A stretch of DNA of 63,669 nucleotides, counting the filler, from Octopus bimaculoides (lineage: Eukaryota): NCBI RefSeq assembly GCF_001194135.2. It is 5 parts of 5 records of this genome, joined end to end, with 100 filler letters (N's around TTAATTAATTAA, not from the genome) between each part and the next. Parts side by side here need not be neighbours in the genome. Positions count along the whole stretch, not along the records: positions 26,159 to 39,032 come from NC_068992.1; positions 39,133 to 46,272 come from NC_069007.1; 3 more parts are not named here. One strand, written 5' to 3'. Positions 26,883-39,949 of the stretch are shown in pieces. Position 1 is the stretch's first letter. Each line of letters begins with the position of its first letter. The notes beneath the pieces were generated by a model. It did not search any database. It was not told the DNA's origin and worked only from the letters and a program-made list of their open reading frames with translations. A program made the position numbers and the translations under genes.

Positions 26883-27295
26883 CGCAGGAGTGGCTGTGTG
26901 GTAAGAGGTTTGCTATCCAACCACAGGGTTCAGTTCCACCGCATGGTACCTCGGGCAAGTGTCTCCTTTGATAGCCTCGGGCCAACCAAAGCCTTGTGAA
27001 TGGATTTAGTAGAAGGAAACTGAAAGAAGCTCGTTGTAGTTATATGTATATAATTATATTTATGTGTGTGTGTATATGTATGTGTGTGTGTGTGTGTGTG
27101 TTTTCCCCCACTACCGCTTGATGATTGGTGTTGGTTTGTTTACGTCCCCATTACTTAGCGGTTCGGCAAAATGAAGCTGATAGAATATTAACAGGATTAA
27201 AAGAAAATGAATAGTGGAGTTTACTCGTTCGACGCAGAAAACATTCAATGCAGTGCCCCAGCTTGGCCGCAGTCGACTGACACAAATGAAAGGTA
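26883..27295 (+). mobile_element. SINE family A copy, followed by a second head in tandem
   Basis: Head, (TA/TG)n centre and diverged tail all align to the reference copy. Confidence 0.75.
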
Positions 27296-27458
27296 AAAGA
27301 TAGGCGCAAACGTAGCTGTGTGGTAAGAAGCTTGCTTCCCAATCACACGATTCCGGGTTCAGTCCCACTACATGATGGCACCTTGGGCCTTCTACTATAG
27401 CCTCGATCCGACCAAAGCCTTGTGAGTGAATTTGGTAGACGGAAACTGAAAGGAGTCT

Positions 27459-27492
<34 letters not shown>

Positions 27493-27649
27493 NNNNNNNN
27501 NNNNNNNNNNNNNNNNNNNNNNNNNNNNNNNNNNNNNNNNNNNNNNNNNNNNNNNNNNNNNNNNNNNNNNNNNNNNNNNNNNNNNNNNNNNNNNNNNNNN
27601 NNNNNNNNNNNNNNNNNNNNNNNGTGTGTGTGTGTGTGTGTGTGTGCCC

Positions 27650-28680
27650 TGTATTTTTGTTCGCTTTTAAGTTCTCCCTTCTCTTTTCGGTCTAACACAG
27701 AAATATCTTTCGAGCGTATATCTAACCGCACCTGTATTCTTCTTTTCCACCATGGATCTTTTCTTTTGTCACTCCCATTATATTTTTTTCCATAGCAGCA
27801 ATACCCACATTTTCTGTTACAACAATACTTGCTACCTTGATCAAATTATTTGTTTCTGTGATGTTTTTTTTTTCTTCTGGGATGCTTTGGATTTCAGCAT
27901 TTCATTCACATTTTCGTTTCTTGGTTCAATTTCCACCGATCAAGCTTTTTAAGTTTGCTAATAATGTCGCTATCGTTCTCCTGTAACCTTGCCTTTATTC
28001 TGTCATAGATTGCCTTTTTCCCATCTGTCATATCAACGTTAGTTTTGTCTTCTTCCAGACCATCTATATGTCTCCCATCAAGCAAGCTATCACTGTTCCT
28101 TTCATGTGTTTTATTAGAGATCTCACCTCTGTTTTCTAATATGAGATTACTTTTACATTAAGAACTGTATTTCCATCGTTTCCGCTGGTGCTGTTTTCTA
28201 ATACCCGTTTTTTGATAGCTTCGAGTTCTACTTCTGCGAACCAACCATTTTTTCTTATTGCTCTAGCTTGATCACATAATCTTTGTTCCGTGAGTTAAAA
28301 CAATCCTCTTTCTCTCCATTCATCATACTTGCGTTGTCGGTATCCCCTAATATGAGCACTATTTTTGTCTACAGGCTTGCTCAGGTAGTAACACTCCATG
28401 ACCACAGCATTGACTTGTTTGTTCCATCTACACCGTGTGTGCTGGTCTATTGCTGGATAACGACAGGCTGGAGCCGGACCAGTATCTCTGAGCCTGCCGG
28501 GTGCAACATTGTCACTATTACCACCATTGTTTCATTACCTACGCTGTTCACAATATTTTTTTTTTCATTGTCACTCATATGAGGCAGCGATTATCAGGTT
28601 GCGCAATTACCAGTGTTTTTATTGTGACACCATCATTAGATGCATCATCGATCAAGACATGGAGAGATTCCAACCGCTTC
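27650..28680 (-). mobile_element. 5' part (UTR and ORF N-terminus) of an R4/Dong-type non-LTR retrotransposon, decayed
   Basis: Minus strand reads RWNKQVNAVVMECYYLSKP...GYRQR...[28 protein letters not shown], then NITETNNLIKVASIVV and KDISVLDRKEKGELK. These are N-terminal blocks typical of this clade. Stops and frameshifts present; the 5' flank is a (TTA)n tract. Confidence 0.75.
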
Positions 28681-29520
28681 CTTTTATTATTATTATTATT
28701 ATCATTGATATTATTATTATTTTCATTTTTTACTATTTGTTATTGTTAACATTCCCTCTGTTCCAACATGAGTTTGGTTAATTGTCATTAACACTTTCGT
28801 GTTAGTACTAGGCTACAGATCTTATCTATTAGCGTAGACAATTTGATAGAGCACCGTTTCTATAATTATAAACAAATAAATATTGTCAAACGAGATTAAT
28901 AAACAAACAAAAAATTAATATCCACCCCTATTTTTCCGTGGTGGGGGTATATATTAATTTAATGCCCTAGGGTGGTATATATATATATTTGTTAAATGCT
29001 TTTGTAATCAATAATGACTTGTCTTTGTTGTTTGTTTTTATTCGATTCGCTTATATGAGTGCGTGCGCTTGTTTATACATTACTCGATGTTATTTTGAAA
29101 TTTCATAATGTGTTCATGTAAAAATAAGGTGTATACTAATTAATTAGTTTACGTACTAACGAGTTTGGGATGTGTAGCTAATCGGATATAGACAAATATG
29201 TACTTACTCGGATATAGTCCAACACTTTTAATGAGTATTACTTATTACTTACTCGAGTGTAGTCCAGCACTTTGACAATGTGGTGAGCCTGTTTACATGT
29301 GTTGTGCGAGTGACAGAGATGATACACAGTTAAAATACATCATTACAATCGAAAAATAGAGATAATTTTAATGAGTATTACTTACTCGAATATAGCCCAA
29401 CACTTTGTCGGTTATTTTAGGCTCCATTTGTTGTCTTTATTCCCGATGTTTTTGGATAGATTTCAGAGCAGTGCTTTATCGCTCTCACATGTTAAACGTC
29501 CCCGATGTTCACTCATTTTT

Positions 29521-29659
<139 letters not shown>

Positions 29660-30175
29660 GGTGAGTGAGAGAGCAGTACATGCCATCAAAGTAACACTAA
29701 AGTAAAATATACGAAGCCCAGCATACCCATCATTACTACCCGGTCTGATAAGGGTACACAGGCACATGCATCACAATCACGTGCGTGACAAGGTGTTCTC
29801 ATATCAAGGTAAACAGCACGCACATGACTTTGCAGGTGGCGAGTGCCAGTTAGAATTTTCTTCAGGTCGAGTAGCCCATCCCGCTCAAAAGATCCCTGAA
29901 TAAGAGTTGTTTAAGGATGTTGAACGAAATACATATGCTTCCAAAGGTGAATTATCCAAACCTCAAAAGAATTTCTCTCAAAACATGACTATGATGCTCC
30001 CCCACTACTTCTGCTCGTGATCAGAGATGCACATATCGTCAGCCACCAACGGACATACTCAACTGGTTAAGGTCAAACAACTGACAAGCAAACCTGTGCT
30101 ATTGAACAGAATATTTGCTGTAGCCCATCTTTTATACCAAGACAAAACAGTGTACATGATAGTACTTCTAATCAG
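29660..30175. mobile_element. Unclassified interspersed repeat abutting a (TTA/TTG)n tract, possibly a retroelement 3' end on the minus strand
   Basis: Higher-GC complex block wedged between two microsatellites. No ORF recognised. Confidence 0.3.
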
Positions 30176-30185
30176 GGCATTTTAT

Positions 30186-30242
<57 letters not shown>

Positions 30243-30410
30243 AAAAGCAGTGAGCTGGCTGAATCGTTGGCTCTCTGGGTAAAATGTTTTGTGGCATTTC
30301 GTCCGTCCTTACGTTATAAATTCAAATTCATTAAGGATGTAATCGACTTGGCCTCTCCACTGAAACTGCAGACCTTGTGCTAAAATTTGAAAGCATTATT
30401 ATTATCATTA

Positions 30411-30456
<46 letters not shown>

Positions 30457-30457
30457 C

Positions 30458-30600
30458 ATTACTACCCTGCGCGCGTAAGCGTAAGCAGTGTATTGTAATC
30501 ATTCGTCTTTATTTGTCTATATGTTTGCAAAATTACTGGAAAACGGCTGAACAGATTTTCACCAAATTTGACAGAAATACTCAGTGAATGATTGGCTCAA
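30458..30600 (+). mobile_element. DINE-1/Helentron-associated-like element, 5' part
   Basis: Hairpin taccctgc...gcagtgta, then ttgtctatatgtttg...ctgaacagattttcaccaaatttg. Same layout as the 15.6-kb copy. Confidence 0.45.
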
Positions 30601-31426
30601 AATGATGAAAATCTGGTTTCATTATCTTCAAAATTGGAGAATGGGTGAATGAAGATGTTTTGACTGCAGATTTATTGCGAAAGAATTTATGTGCACGCAA
30701 GGTATACGTCGTATTGGCATGTTCTCAGCACAAGAATCTATTACTAGCACATAAAGACATACATGTACTGTGTCTATTTAATACTATTTACCTCTCACCA
30801 TCATGGAACATTACACGTTAGTCCACCCTGCCACATGGGGTTGTTCTGGATTCTCCCTTAAGTCTTATATACTCTGAAATTTATATAATCTTTTTTATAT
30901 TATTATATATTGTTATCATAGTGCTGAATTATAGTAACAATTCCGCTTTCTTCCATGTATACTGTACTTTGAAATATACTTCATAATACTTATAAACTAA
31001 TAATACTACTTTAAATTTATATTTTACTGATTAACGCGTGCATTTATATATANNNNNNNNNNNNNNNNNNNNNNNNNNNNNNNNNNNNNNNNNNNNNNNN
31101 NNNNNNNNNNNNNNNNNNNNNNNNNNNNNNNNNNNNNNNNNNNNNNNNNNNNNNNNNNNNNNNNNNNNNNNNNNNNNNNNNNNNNNNNNNNNNNNNNNNN
31201 NNNNNNNNNNNNNNNNNNNNNNNNNNNNNNNNNNNNNNNNNNAAATTCTCAATACCAATGAATCTGAGCCTCCGGTCGGTTTTATCTATTCTATACGCCT
31301 CAAGTCTTGAGAATTGGCTTGAGAATTTATACCATACTGCTTTCTTATTTTTCGTATATTTTTTATTCATCTCATAACGTTGTACTTATTTATTGAATTT
31401 TGGTTATTATATGTTCTATCATTATA

Positions 31427-31512
<86 letters not shown>

Positions 31513-32760
31513 ATTATTATTATTATTATCATTATTATTATTATTATTATTATTTTCCCAATTTACCTTGTACTCGCTATTGTACTTTATCCTATTACAT
31601 TACCTTATTTTATTTTATTTGTATTTTATTTTATTCCATTATACTATTTCTAGCTACTTCTTAATCATTTTTTTAAATCTTACGATATTACTTTCATTTT
31701 CACTATCTATCAATTCCATTTTTTTTATTATCCAAAATTTTTATTATAATCCTTCTTTTATTATTATCCATTTGCTTTCATATAATTTTTAAATTTTATT
31801 GTATACTTTTTTATTTATCTAATTATTGATACGATGGCCACTCTTCTTGTCTCATACCCAACCCCCATCATAGAATCGCAGACTTATTTCTCGCTTTTAT
31901 GGTCATTTGGCTTTTAAAGGAGGCATATAGAAGGCAGTGAAATAAGTAAATATATAAATAACTGGGTGACCTTAGTCTTTGTACTTAGTCCAAAACACCG
32001 CTTGTTGAATAGAATTAAAAGATACGAAACGTCGTAACTTATACTGCTGGCTCTGAATTCCAGCGAAAATTTATAGCGATAAACTCAAAAGTGGATATAT
32101 TACTAAATGGAAAAATGGAAAACTGGAAAAAATATCTCTTTCAACCTTCGCCATATTTTAAATATGTCACCATATATCGCTAGGATTTTTCTTACTCTGA
32201 TTAATATACAATTCTTCGCTTCACAGAGATATCAAAATCTTGAACCTCTGTAGATATTGAGGTAACATTGGATTACATATTTCTATCCACAACGAAAATG
32301 TTATAAACACCACGCAAACAACCCAAAACGAGTAGAATTGAAAAAATAAGAGGATTATATGTTTATCAATGAAAATAAATGATAAACAGAAGTAACTCGA
32401 GTTAATTGAGAATACGTTTAAAACTAATATAAACAAAATGTATCTATTTGTTAAGGTTGAGAAATAAATATACTGACAGGACCTTTTTGAAATACATTTT
32501 CTTTCTACAAGATCAGGGAATCCAGTATTGTTACAAATTTAAAAGGTTACAACAGTCGCGATAGCTACTCCCGACTATGTGAAACTGAAATACGCAAGAG
32601 TAACTCTACCTGCAGCATCGTAAGCAGGAGTGGAGAAACCTTCTTGCCATTCATCCATGACAAAGAATACCTATTTTAAGCTTTCGAAATATATTTCAAA
32701 CTGACTGCGCTTTAATATATGTATATGTGTATGCTTGCATATATATGTACGTATACAATA

Positions 32761-32859
<99 letters not shown>

Positions 32860-35770
32860 GTATCAGTTTTAAATCAGACCGGTATTTGCTCCCTTATCAC
32901 ATGACCAGATCGACCTACCAAGTTGCGCAAATTGTCTCTGATCACACAACCTCTTCACATGGCCATCAGAGAGAACACAATACACTGAAAATAGAACATC
33001 TCAGTGGGTATCACTACCACAGTTAGTCCTAGAATGACACAAGACAGCTTCTTGATATTCTATTCGCGCCAGGCACAGTCATTCTCAATCGCGGGTCGAA
33101 AACTTCTTAAATGTAATGGCATAACTATTCTACTTTCATTTACTTCATTTTATTTTTATTTATTTTATTTCATTCCAATTCCTTCATTTCCTTCGATAAA
33201 TCTTATGTTCAAGAAAATGTCTCAGAAATAAGTATCCAAGGGTGTAATTTACGATTATCTTGATACAATTTACGATTTCGTTTTCTTTTGAAGAGTTTCA
33301 GATTGTTCTCTTCGACATTTTTTGTTGCCACCAATTTCTGTAACTTCTGCATTTTAAATACTTTTTAAAGATATCTTTGCTTCGAACATCAACATTATGC
33401 AATGCATTTCTCGATGATTTATTTCTGAAAAATATTATCTAAAAAATATGCATTTTAATGAGAACTTCTATAAAGAAGCAAAACTAGAATGTAGGATTGA
33501 TCTGAAACTTCTAAAAAATATTTGTTCTAAATTTTATTATCATAATCGTAAATTATACCTTCAAAAACGAATCACTGCAAAATTTATTTTAAATAAGCAT
33601 TTTTCAGAAAGTTATGAGGAAACAACTTCGGAGGAACACTAAACTTTATTTATACCGAAATTTCGTACGAGTAAAAAAAAATCGTTACTACATTTACAAA
33701 TTATTATATTTTTCTGTTAAATAAAAAGTTTTTAGTTACGAAATTTAGCAATTGTTTTTCTTTTTAAATTTCTCCTTTTAGCTGAACTTGTGTATCACTG
33801 TATACACTGTCGCTCTAAATTTGATTCTTTCCACTTTCATTGAACTCACTCGCAAACGATTTTGTGATATAATATGAGCTAATAAATATATTCTCTTTGC
33901 AAGGTGGCAAACTGGTAGAATAGTTAGCACACCGCGAAATAAATTCTTTGCAGCTTTTCTTCCGACTCTACATTCTGGGTTTAAATACCGCTGATATCAA
34001 CTTTGCCTTTCATCCTTTCGGAGTCGATGATAGAAGTATTCTTTTCTACTCTGGGCACAAGGCACGAAGTTTTGGGGGAAGGGGCCCAGTCGATTACATC
34101 GACCCCAGTGTGTGACTGGTACTTAATTTATAAGTATTAGTTGAGTAATAGAGTCGATGATGTAATTAGCTTACACCTCCCGAAATAGCTGTCCCAAAAT
34201 TTGAAATCAATAAGTATATTCTCTCTGTCACTGTAATGTAAATTAAACTGGCCAGACTAAAAGAGTACATTTTTTAAATATAATATGAATAAATGAAAAC
34301 TACATATCTTTCTGTGGACAAAAGAGGAGTTATCTTTCTGTGATGAAGATATAACAATCTAGAAATAATTGAAATCAATCCCAGATTTTACTTCTAAAGA
34401 AGCGATAAAACTTAAGGTGTAAGCACAGTTATAATATCTCTTTATTTTCTCAGTGAGGCTAAAATATTATGCAGATTTATTTCACTGGTGTATTTTACAT
34501 GTCGACAGGTATATATTACTGCAATCGAATATCTCATATTAAATCACAAATGAGTAGAAATAGTTTAACCATTCTACTTTGATGTACAACAATAAATGAT
34601 ATTTTAAAGTACATGATCATGTTTCATCAGAAATGTGTGATTTATCATTTGACTGGCAAGTAATGAAATATGACAAGCATGAAATATGATTGCCATTGTG
34701 AGAAAGGTCCATGGAAACAAGATGCAAATGAACATTATTCATACGCCATAATCCAAATACACAGGCGCGCATGCACACGCACATAAAGATAAAGACATAC
34801 GGAGACGCTCACATACATCCATGCACACAAACTCACTCACCTATATATATATATAACATATAAATGCTGACATATATTTACTAATATGATGTGTTTTACG
34901 CGTCTTGAATATCGTTTCATATTTTGATATATAAACCTTATTTATATGTGTATGTGTGTGTGAGTGAGAGAAAGGGTGAGAGAAAGTGAGAGAGAGAGAG
35001 AAGGAAAAAGAGATAAGAGAAAGAGGGAAAGAGAGAGACTGCTTGATACAGCTTATAGCACATCGCAATAATTGTTGATATTTTCATAACTACACTTATA
35101 ACATAAAACTTAATTATGGTTTGGAAATGTTGTTAGCGAATAGCGAGTAATTAAATTGCTGATTATTTAAAAATAGCTACAAATCAATTGAATTAATTTA
35201 AACTTCGTATGTCATGTATTACTGAAGAGTAAATCCAAATTATTTGGTTTTAAATTGAAGTATCCTATCAAATATGAAATAGTCCTTTTTTTTTATTAAT
35301 AGTAATGATTACTATCAAAAAATGTCAGATATTTTGTTATGGCCACTGAAGTAGACATAACAATATCTTAGACATATTCTTAAAATCCATTAGCGTGATG
35401 GCCTTAATTTGCATTCGATAACGAGGCTTATACAAAGTGTTTCATTTTCTTCTTTTTTTTTTTTTTTTTTTGCATATAGTATCATTATTCATATGTGCTG
35501 TGGATATATAGAGAGCTTCATAATTTCTGCAATAAATATCCTAATTATTTTGTTGGATCTCGGGAGACAACAGTAAACACAAGTACTGGTTTTATTTCAA
35601 TTCTTTTATTATAATCATTATCATTAATCGGAGTTCAAATACCGCTGAGGTCGACTTTACCTTTCATAGTATAAGAGTCGATAAAATAAAGTACTAATTG
35701 AGCACTGGGATCAATGTAATCAGCTTATCCTCGCCCATAAACTGCTAGCCGTGTGCCAAAAGTTAAAACC

Positions 35771-35789
35771 ATTATTATTATTATTATTA

Positions 35790-35821
<32 letters not shown>

Positions 35822-37318
35822 TTACTTTTGATCTGCATGTTTGTTACAGTCACTTGCCGAGACGCATACCGCGCCCTGAGGCGTGAGAAGGATAAGAGAT
35901 GTTACATTTTGACTGAAAGCTTGGGGAAGGGAGGTAGCGAAATATCTTCATGCAATACAACACAGACATTTAAATGGATAGCCTTTTTCTAAGGATGTAG
36001 GCAGTACTTGTCAGTACAATCTTTTGGATTTCTCTGAGACATGGTTCTCCTGGGATCTTATCTAGATGTTTCTGACATCCCTTTTTAATTATACCTATGG
36101 CACCTACAATAACAGGAACAGTTCTCGCTTTAAGATGCCACATTTTTGTATTTCAATTTCCAGGACCTTATATTTACTCAGTTTGTCAAATTCCTTTACA
36201 GATATATTTTTATCAGTGGGAACACTTACATCTATTAGTCTACAGGTATTTTCTTCCCTGTCTTTAATAATTATGCCTGGTCGATTAGCTTGGATCGTCC
36301 TGTCAGTGTTGACTTGAAAATTCCAGAGGATAGTGATATTTTTACCTTCAACGACTGGTGCGGGATGATGTTCATACCAATAAGCAGGAGTGCTGGTTTT
36401 GTTGTATTTACATATTTTCCAATGTAAATACTGTCCTACCCTATCGTGGCGATTTCTGTATTCGTTTGGTTTCAGTACAGGACATCCCAAAGTGAGATGG
36501 TCTATTGTCTCGTCAAATGTGTCGCAGAATCTGCATTTAGGATCAGAACCGTTTTGAAGAACTTTAGCATGGTAGTTTTTGTGAGTAAGCTTTGATCTTG
36601 TGCCGTCAGTATGAAACCTTCAGTCTTTGCTTTCAGTCCTGAACCTCTCAGCCACTGAAGGGTTGTCGTTTGATCTACATCAGCATTTCGACTTCGAAGT
36701 ATATACTGTTCATGCAGGGGCTTCTGGCTCCACCGCTCTTCAGTTTGTTTCATTCTTTTTTTGCAGTCTGCTTGATCCATTTTGCTTGTTTTGTGGCAGT
36801 AGTTTCAAGTTCTACAACTATTTCAGGGTTAATGCCAAGTTCCCTTGCGAATTTGCAAGCTTCCTTGACAATAGAATGTGATTTTTTGGTTCTTTCGTGT
36901 TTGCATGCAAGTCGCAGCATACAGTCCTCTGTACTAGATAAGTACCATTTCATTGCTATTGTGGAGTTCTTATAGCACAGTTCTACCTGCATCAATCCTC
37001 TTCCCCTATAACTTCTAGGTAGGTACCGACGATCAACATCTGCTTTTGTGAGATGCATGCTCTTAGAAGTTAATATCTTTCTTGTCTTACTGTCCAGGCG
37101 CTGGAGCTCTGTAAGATTCCAATTAATGACGTTAAAACTAAATTGGACTACTGGAGGTGCCAGGGTGTTAAGTACAGTTTTTAGTATGAGTCTTATTCTC
37201 CTGTACTACTTCTTTCTTCTTTTTCCTTCGTAGTAGCATGTTGTATACCATCTCCTTCGTTTATCCCAGGTATTTGTAATTTTCTTATTACCTTATCCAC
37301 AGGTATTTCTAATTTGCT
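35771..37318 (-). mobile_element. 5'-truncated non-LTR retrotransposon, R4/Dong-type (RT C-terminus, CCHC knuckle, restriction-like endonuclease, 3' UTR, (TAA)n tail); frameshifted
   Basis: Minus-strand translation gives YKYLGINEGDGIQH, KADVDRRYLPRSYRGRGL, WLRGSGLKAKTEGFILTAQDQSL, CRFCDTFDETIDHLTLGC (C-x2-C-x8-H-x4-C), then ANRPGIIIKD...LIDVSVP...KLSKYK. Stop codon at 35970-35972, then ~145-nt UTR and a (TAA)n tract. Confidence 0.88.
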
Positions 37319-37818
37319 TATCATTATTATTATTAGGGCGGCGAGCTGGCAGAATCGTTAGCACGACGGGCAAAATGCTCAGCGGCATCTCATCTGCCTT
37401 TACGTTCTGAGTTCAAATTCTGCCAATGATGACTTTGCCTGTCATCCTTTCGGGTTCGATAAAATACGTACCAACTGAGCACTGGGGTCGATTACATCAA
37501 CTTAACCCCTTCTCTAAAACTGTTGGCCTTGTCGGCCAAAATTTGAAATCATTATTGTTGCTATTGTTGTTGTTGTTGTTGTTGATACTAAGGCGGCGAG
37601 CTAGCTGCACCGTTGGCACGCCGGGCAAAATGATTAGCAGTATTTCGTCCGACTTTACGTTCTGAGTTCAAATTCGTACGAGGTCGACTTTGCCTTTCAT
37701 TCTTTCGGGGTTGATAAATTAAGTACAAGTGAAACACTGGGATCAATGCAATCGACTCGTCCCCACCCCTTAAAATTTCAGGCTTTGTGCTTATAGTAGA
37801 AAGGATTATTATTATTAT

Positions 37819-37859
<41 letters not shown>

Positions 37860-38824
37860 TTCAACTCGTAAATTATTTAACCAATTAAATCTTCGCTTGC
37901 TTGGTTTCCTTTGCTTTGATTTATTAACTGTCTTTTAAATTTGAATTTCAAAATTCTTGTTAGCTAACATGAAGTGCGCATTCAGCTCTGATCTTTAAGA
38001 TGTTGAGCGATTTGTACATGCATAAAGGATATTTGTTCCATATCCAAATTTCTTGAAACATCAGGCCAGTAATATGTTTAGAGCTTTGATACGTCTACAT
38101 TGCACTGTGTTTTGCCAAACTGAAAAATGGAACACCATAGATTCTCTCTTTTTAATTCTTTTTTGCAATCCAATATGGAGTTTGTCTTGTATATGCCAGT
38201 TAGTCTACATTTAAACCGACGTTCGTATTGTTCAGAACTTTCGGAATATATTTTAATTCACTATAAATGTATCTAAATGATGGCGTCTATACTTTATAGT
38301 TTAAAGATACGGATTGATAAAACTCCCGATGCACAACGGATTTGATGTCGTCTGCCAGAGGGCATTGGCTTTCACAATATACCACCTTTACTAGAAAGAT
38401 TTTATTCATTTATATATTTATCCAATATGTTTTACAACAGTTCTTCTGCCTCCGGAAATTTTGACAGGAAATTTTGCTAAGACTGCTGCAGGCCACGTTC
38501 ATTGAGTCTCTCGTTGTAAACCAGCAAAATACAAGACTAAAAGTTTTATAACATCTGACCTTTTCAAACTTACATGAATAAATACTTTCTGGGAATTTGG
38601 TACACAACTTGTATAAACAGTAGGATGTGCGGCAGATTCTATCGAGAATATAAAAAGTTTAACGTTATATAGCAAGTAAATATCAATTGAAGAAATATAT
38701 TTTAATCATTTGCATAAACTGTAATTAAATGTGTATATAAGACTAGTTTATATACATGCTTATATGGACCGCTGAAATCTACAAGTTTTTTTTTCTTTCT
38801 CTCACTGTGTATTTTTTCTTATTC

Positions 38825-38860
38825 CGTTCTGTTGAAGAGCATAGGTTCGAAACGTAAACG
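38825..38860 (+). ncRNA. Minimal type I hammerhead-ribozyme-like motif, one core variant
   Basis: CGTT-CTGTTGA-A-GAGC-atag-GTTC-GAAA-CGT-A-AACG. Stem I is CGTT/AACG, stem II GAGC/GTTC, stem III the palindrome ACGT, cleavage triplet GUA. The core is CUGUUGA instead of CUGANGA. Confidence 0.55.
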
Positions 38861-39032
38861 ACTTCTTCATTCTTCCTGAGCGTCAAACCAATGCTTATGC
38901 TTGTTGTTTATACACCTGTCTTTATCTTTTGTTTTTCTATAAATTTCAACATACTTATACACATGTGTGTGTGAGTGTCTGTGCGTGTGTCTATGCGTGT
39001 GTGCGTGTGTGTGAGTGTGTGTGTTTGTGTAT

Positions 39033-39132
39033 NNNNNNNNNNNNNNNNNNNNNNNNNNNNNNNNNNNNNNNNNNNNTTAATTAATTAANNNNNNNNNNNN
39101 NNNNNNNNNNNNNNNNNNNNNNNNNNNNNNNN
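39033..39132. other. Artificial scaffold join
   Basis: Same 44N-12mer-44N structure. Confidence 0.9.
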
Positions 39133-39306
39133 GTGTGTGTGTGAATGTATGACTGTGTGTGTATATGATTCAATCTTTACTTGTGGGTTTGTGTATAAAT
39201 GCATAGATTACTTCTGCGTACGAGAAGGAGAATGCATGTGCAGGCTTGTATGTTCATGATCGTGTTGCAACACACGATCACCCACATATATGCATGTATG
39301 TGTGTA

Positions 39307-39483
39307 AGCACCCACTACACTCTCTGAGTGGTTGGCGTTAGGAAGGGCATCCAGCTGTAGAAACTCTGCCAAATCAGATTGGAGCCTGGTGTTGCCATCC
39401 GGTTTCACCAGTCCTCAGTCAAATCGTCCAACCCATGCTAGCATGGAAAGCGGACGTTAAACGATGATGATGATGATGATGAT
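39307..39483 (+). mobile_element. 3' end of family E with (GAT)n tail
   Basis: Near-identical to 54495-54569 and continuing to ...ggacgttaaacgatgatgat. Confidence 0.65.
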
Positions 39484-39949
39484 ATATATATATATCCAGG
39501 GTAATAAGAAATATTAGAAATTTCTAGTACCAGTGGCCTAGCGTGTAAAAAAAATTTTGTCCATAGACTATATATTATTCATATAAATACAGTGTACATT
39601 TAAACACATAAGAGGTATCCATCATAGGATTCCTTGCACGCTAGAAAGAACAGCTAAATTCCAAACCACTATTACGGATAAAACTTCGGAGGGAATGAAA
39701 AATAAAAACATTTACCATTTACTTCCTGCACCAAGGTTTCAAACTATTTTCAGCAAAATAAAATAATTTGCTAGGCGAAGTCTTCGTTAGCAGGTACACC
39801 CGGATTACATATATATACACGAGGCAATCCAGTATATGTCCCATGCTTATACATTCTAAGCTTTCAAATCTACCGCGCAAGCGCAGCTCCTTGTCGGCAG
39901 TAAATAAAAATGCCGGCGTTTCAATTCGAAAATTATGCAGAAAAAATTA

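Noticed and set aside
37960-38720. Coding remnant of the element owning the 38.8-kb hammerhead
   Set aside because: Only a faint EEIYFN...LN resemblance to Penelope C-termini; no RT or GIY-YIG motif could be read.
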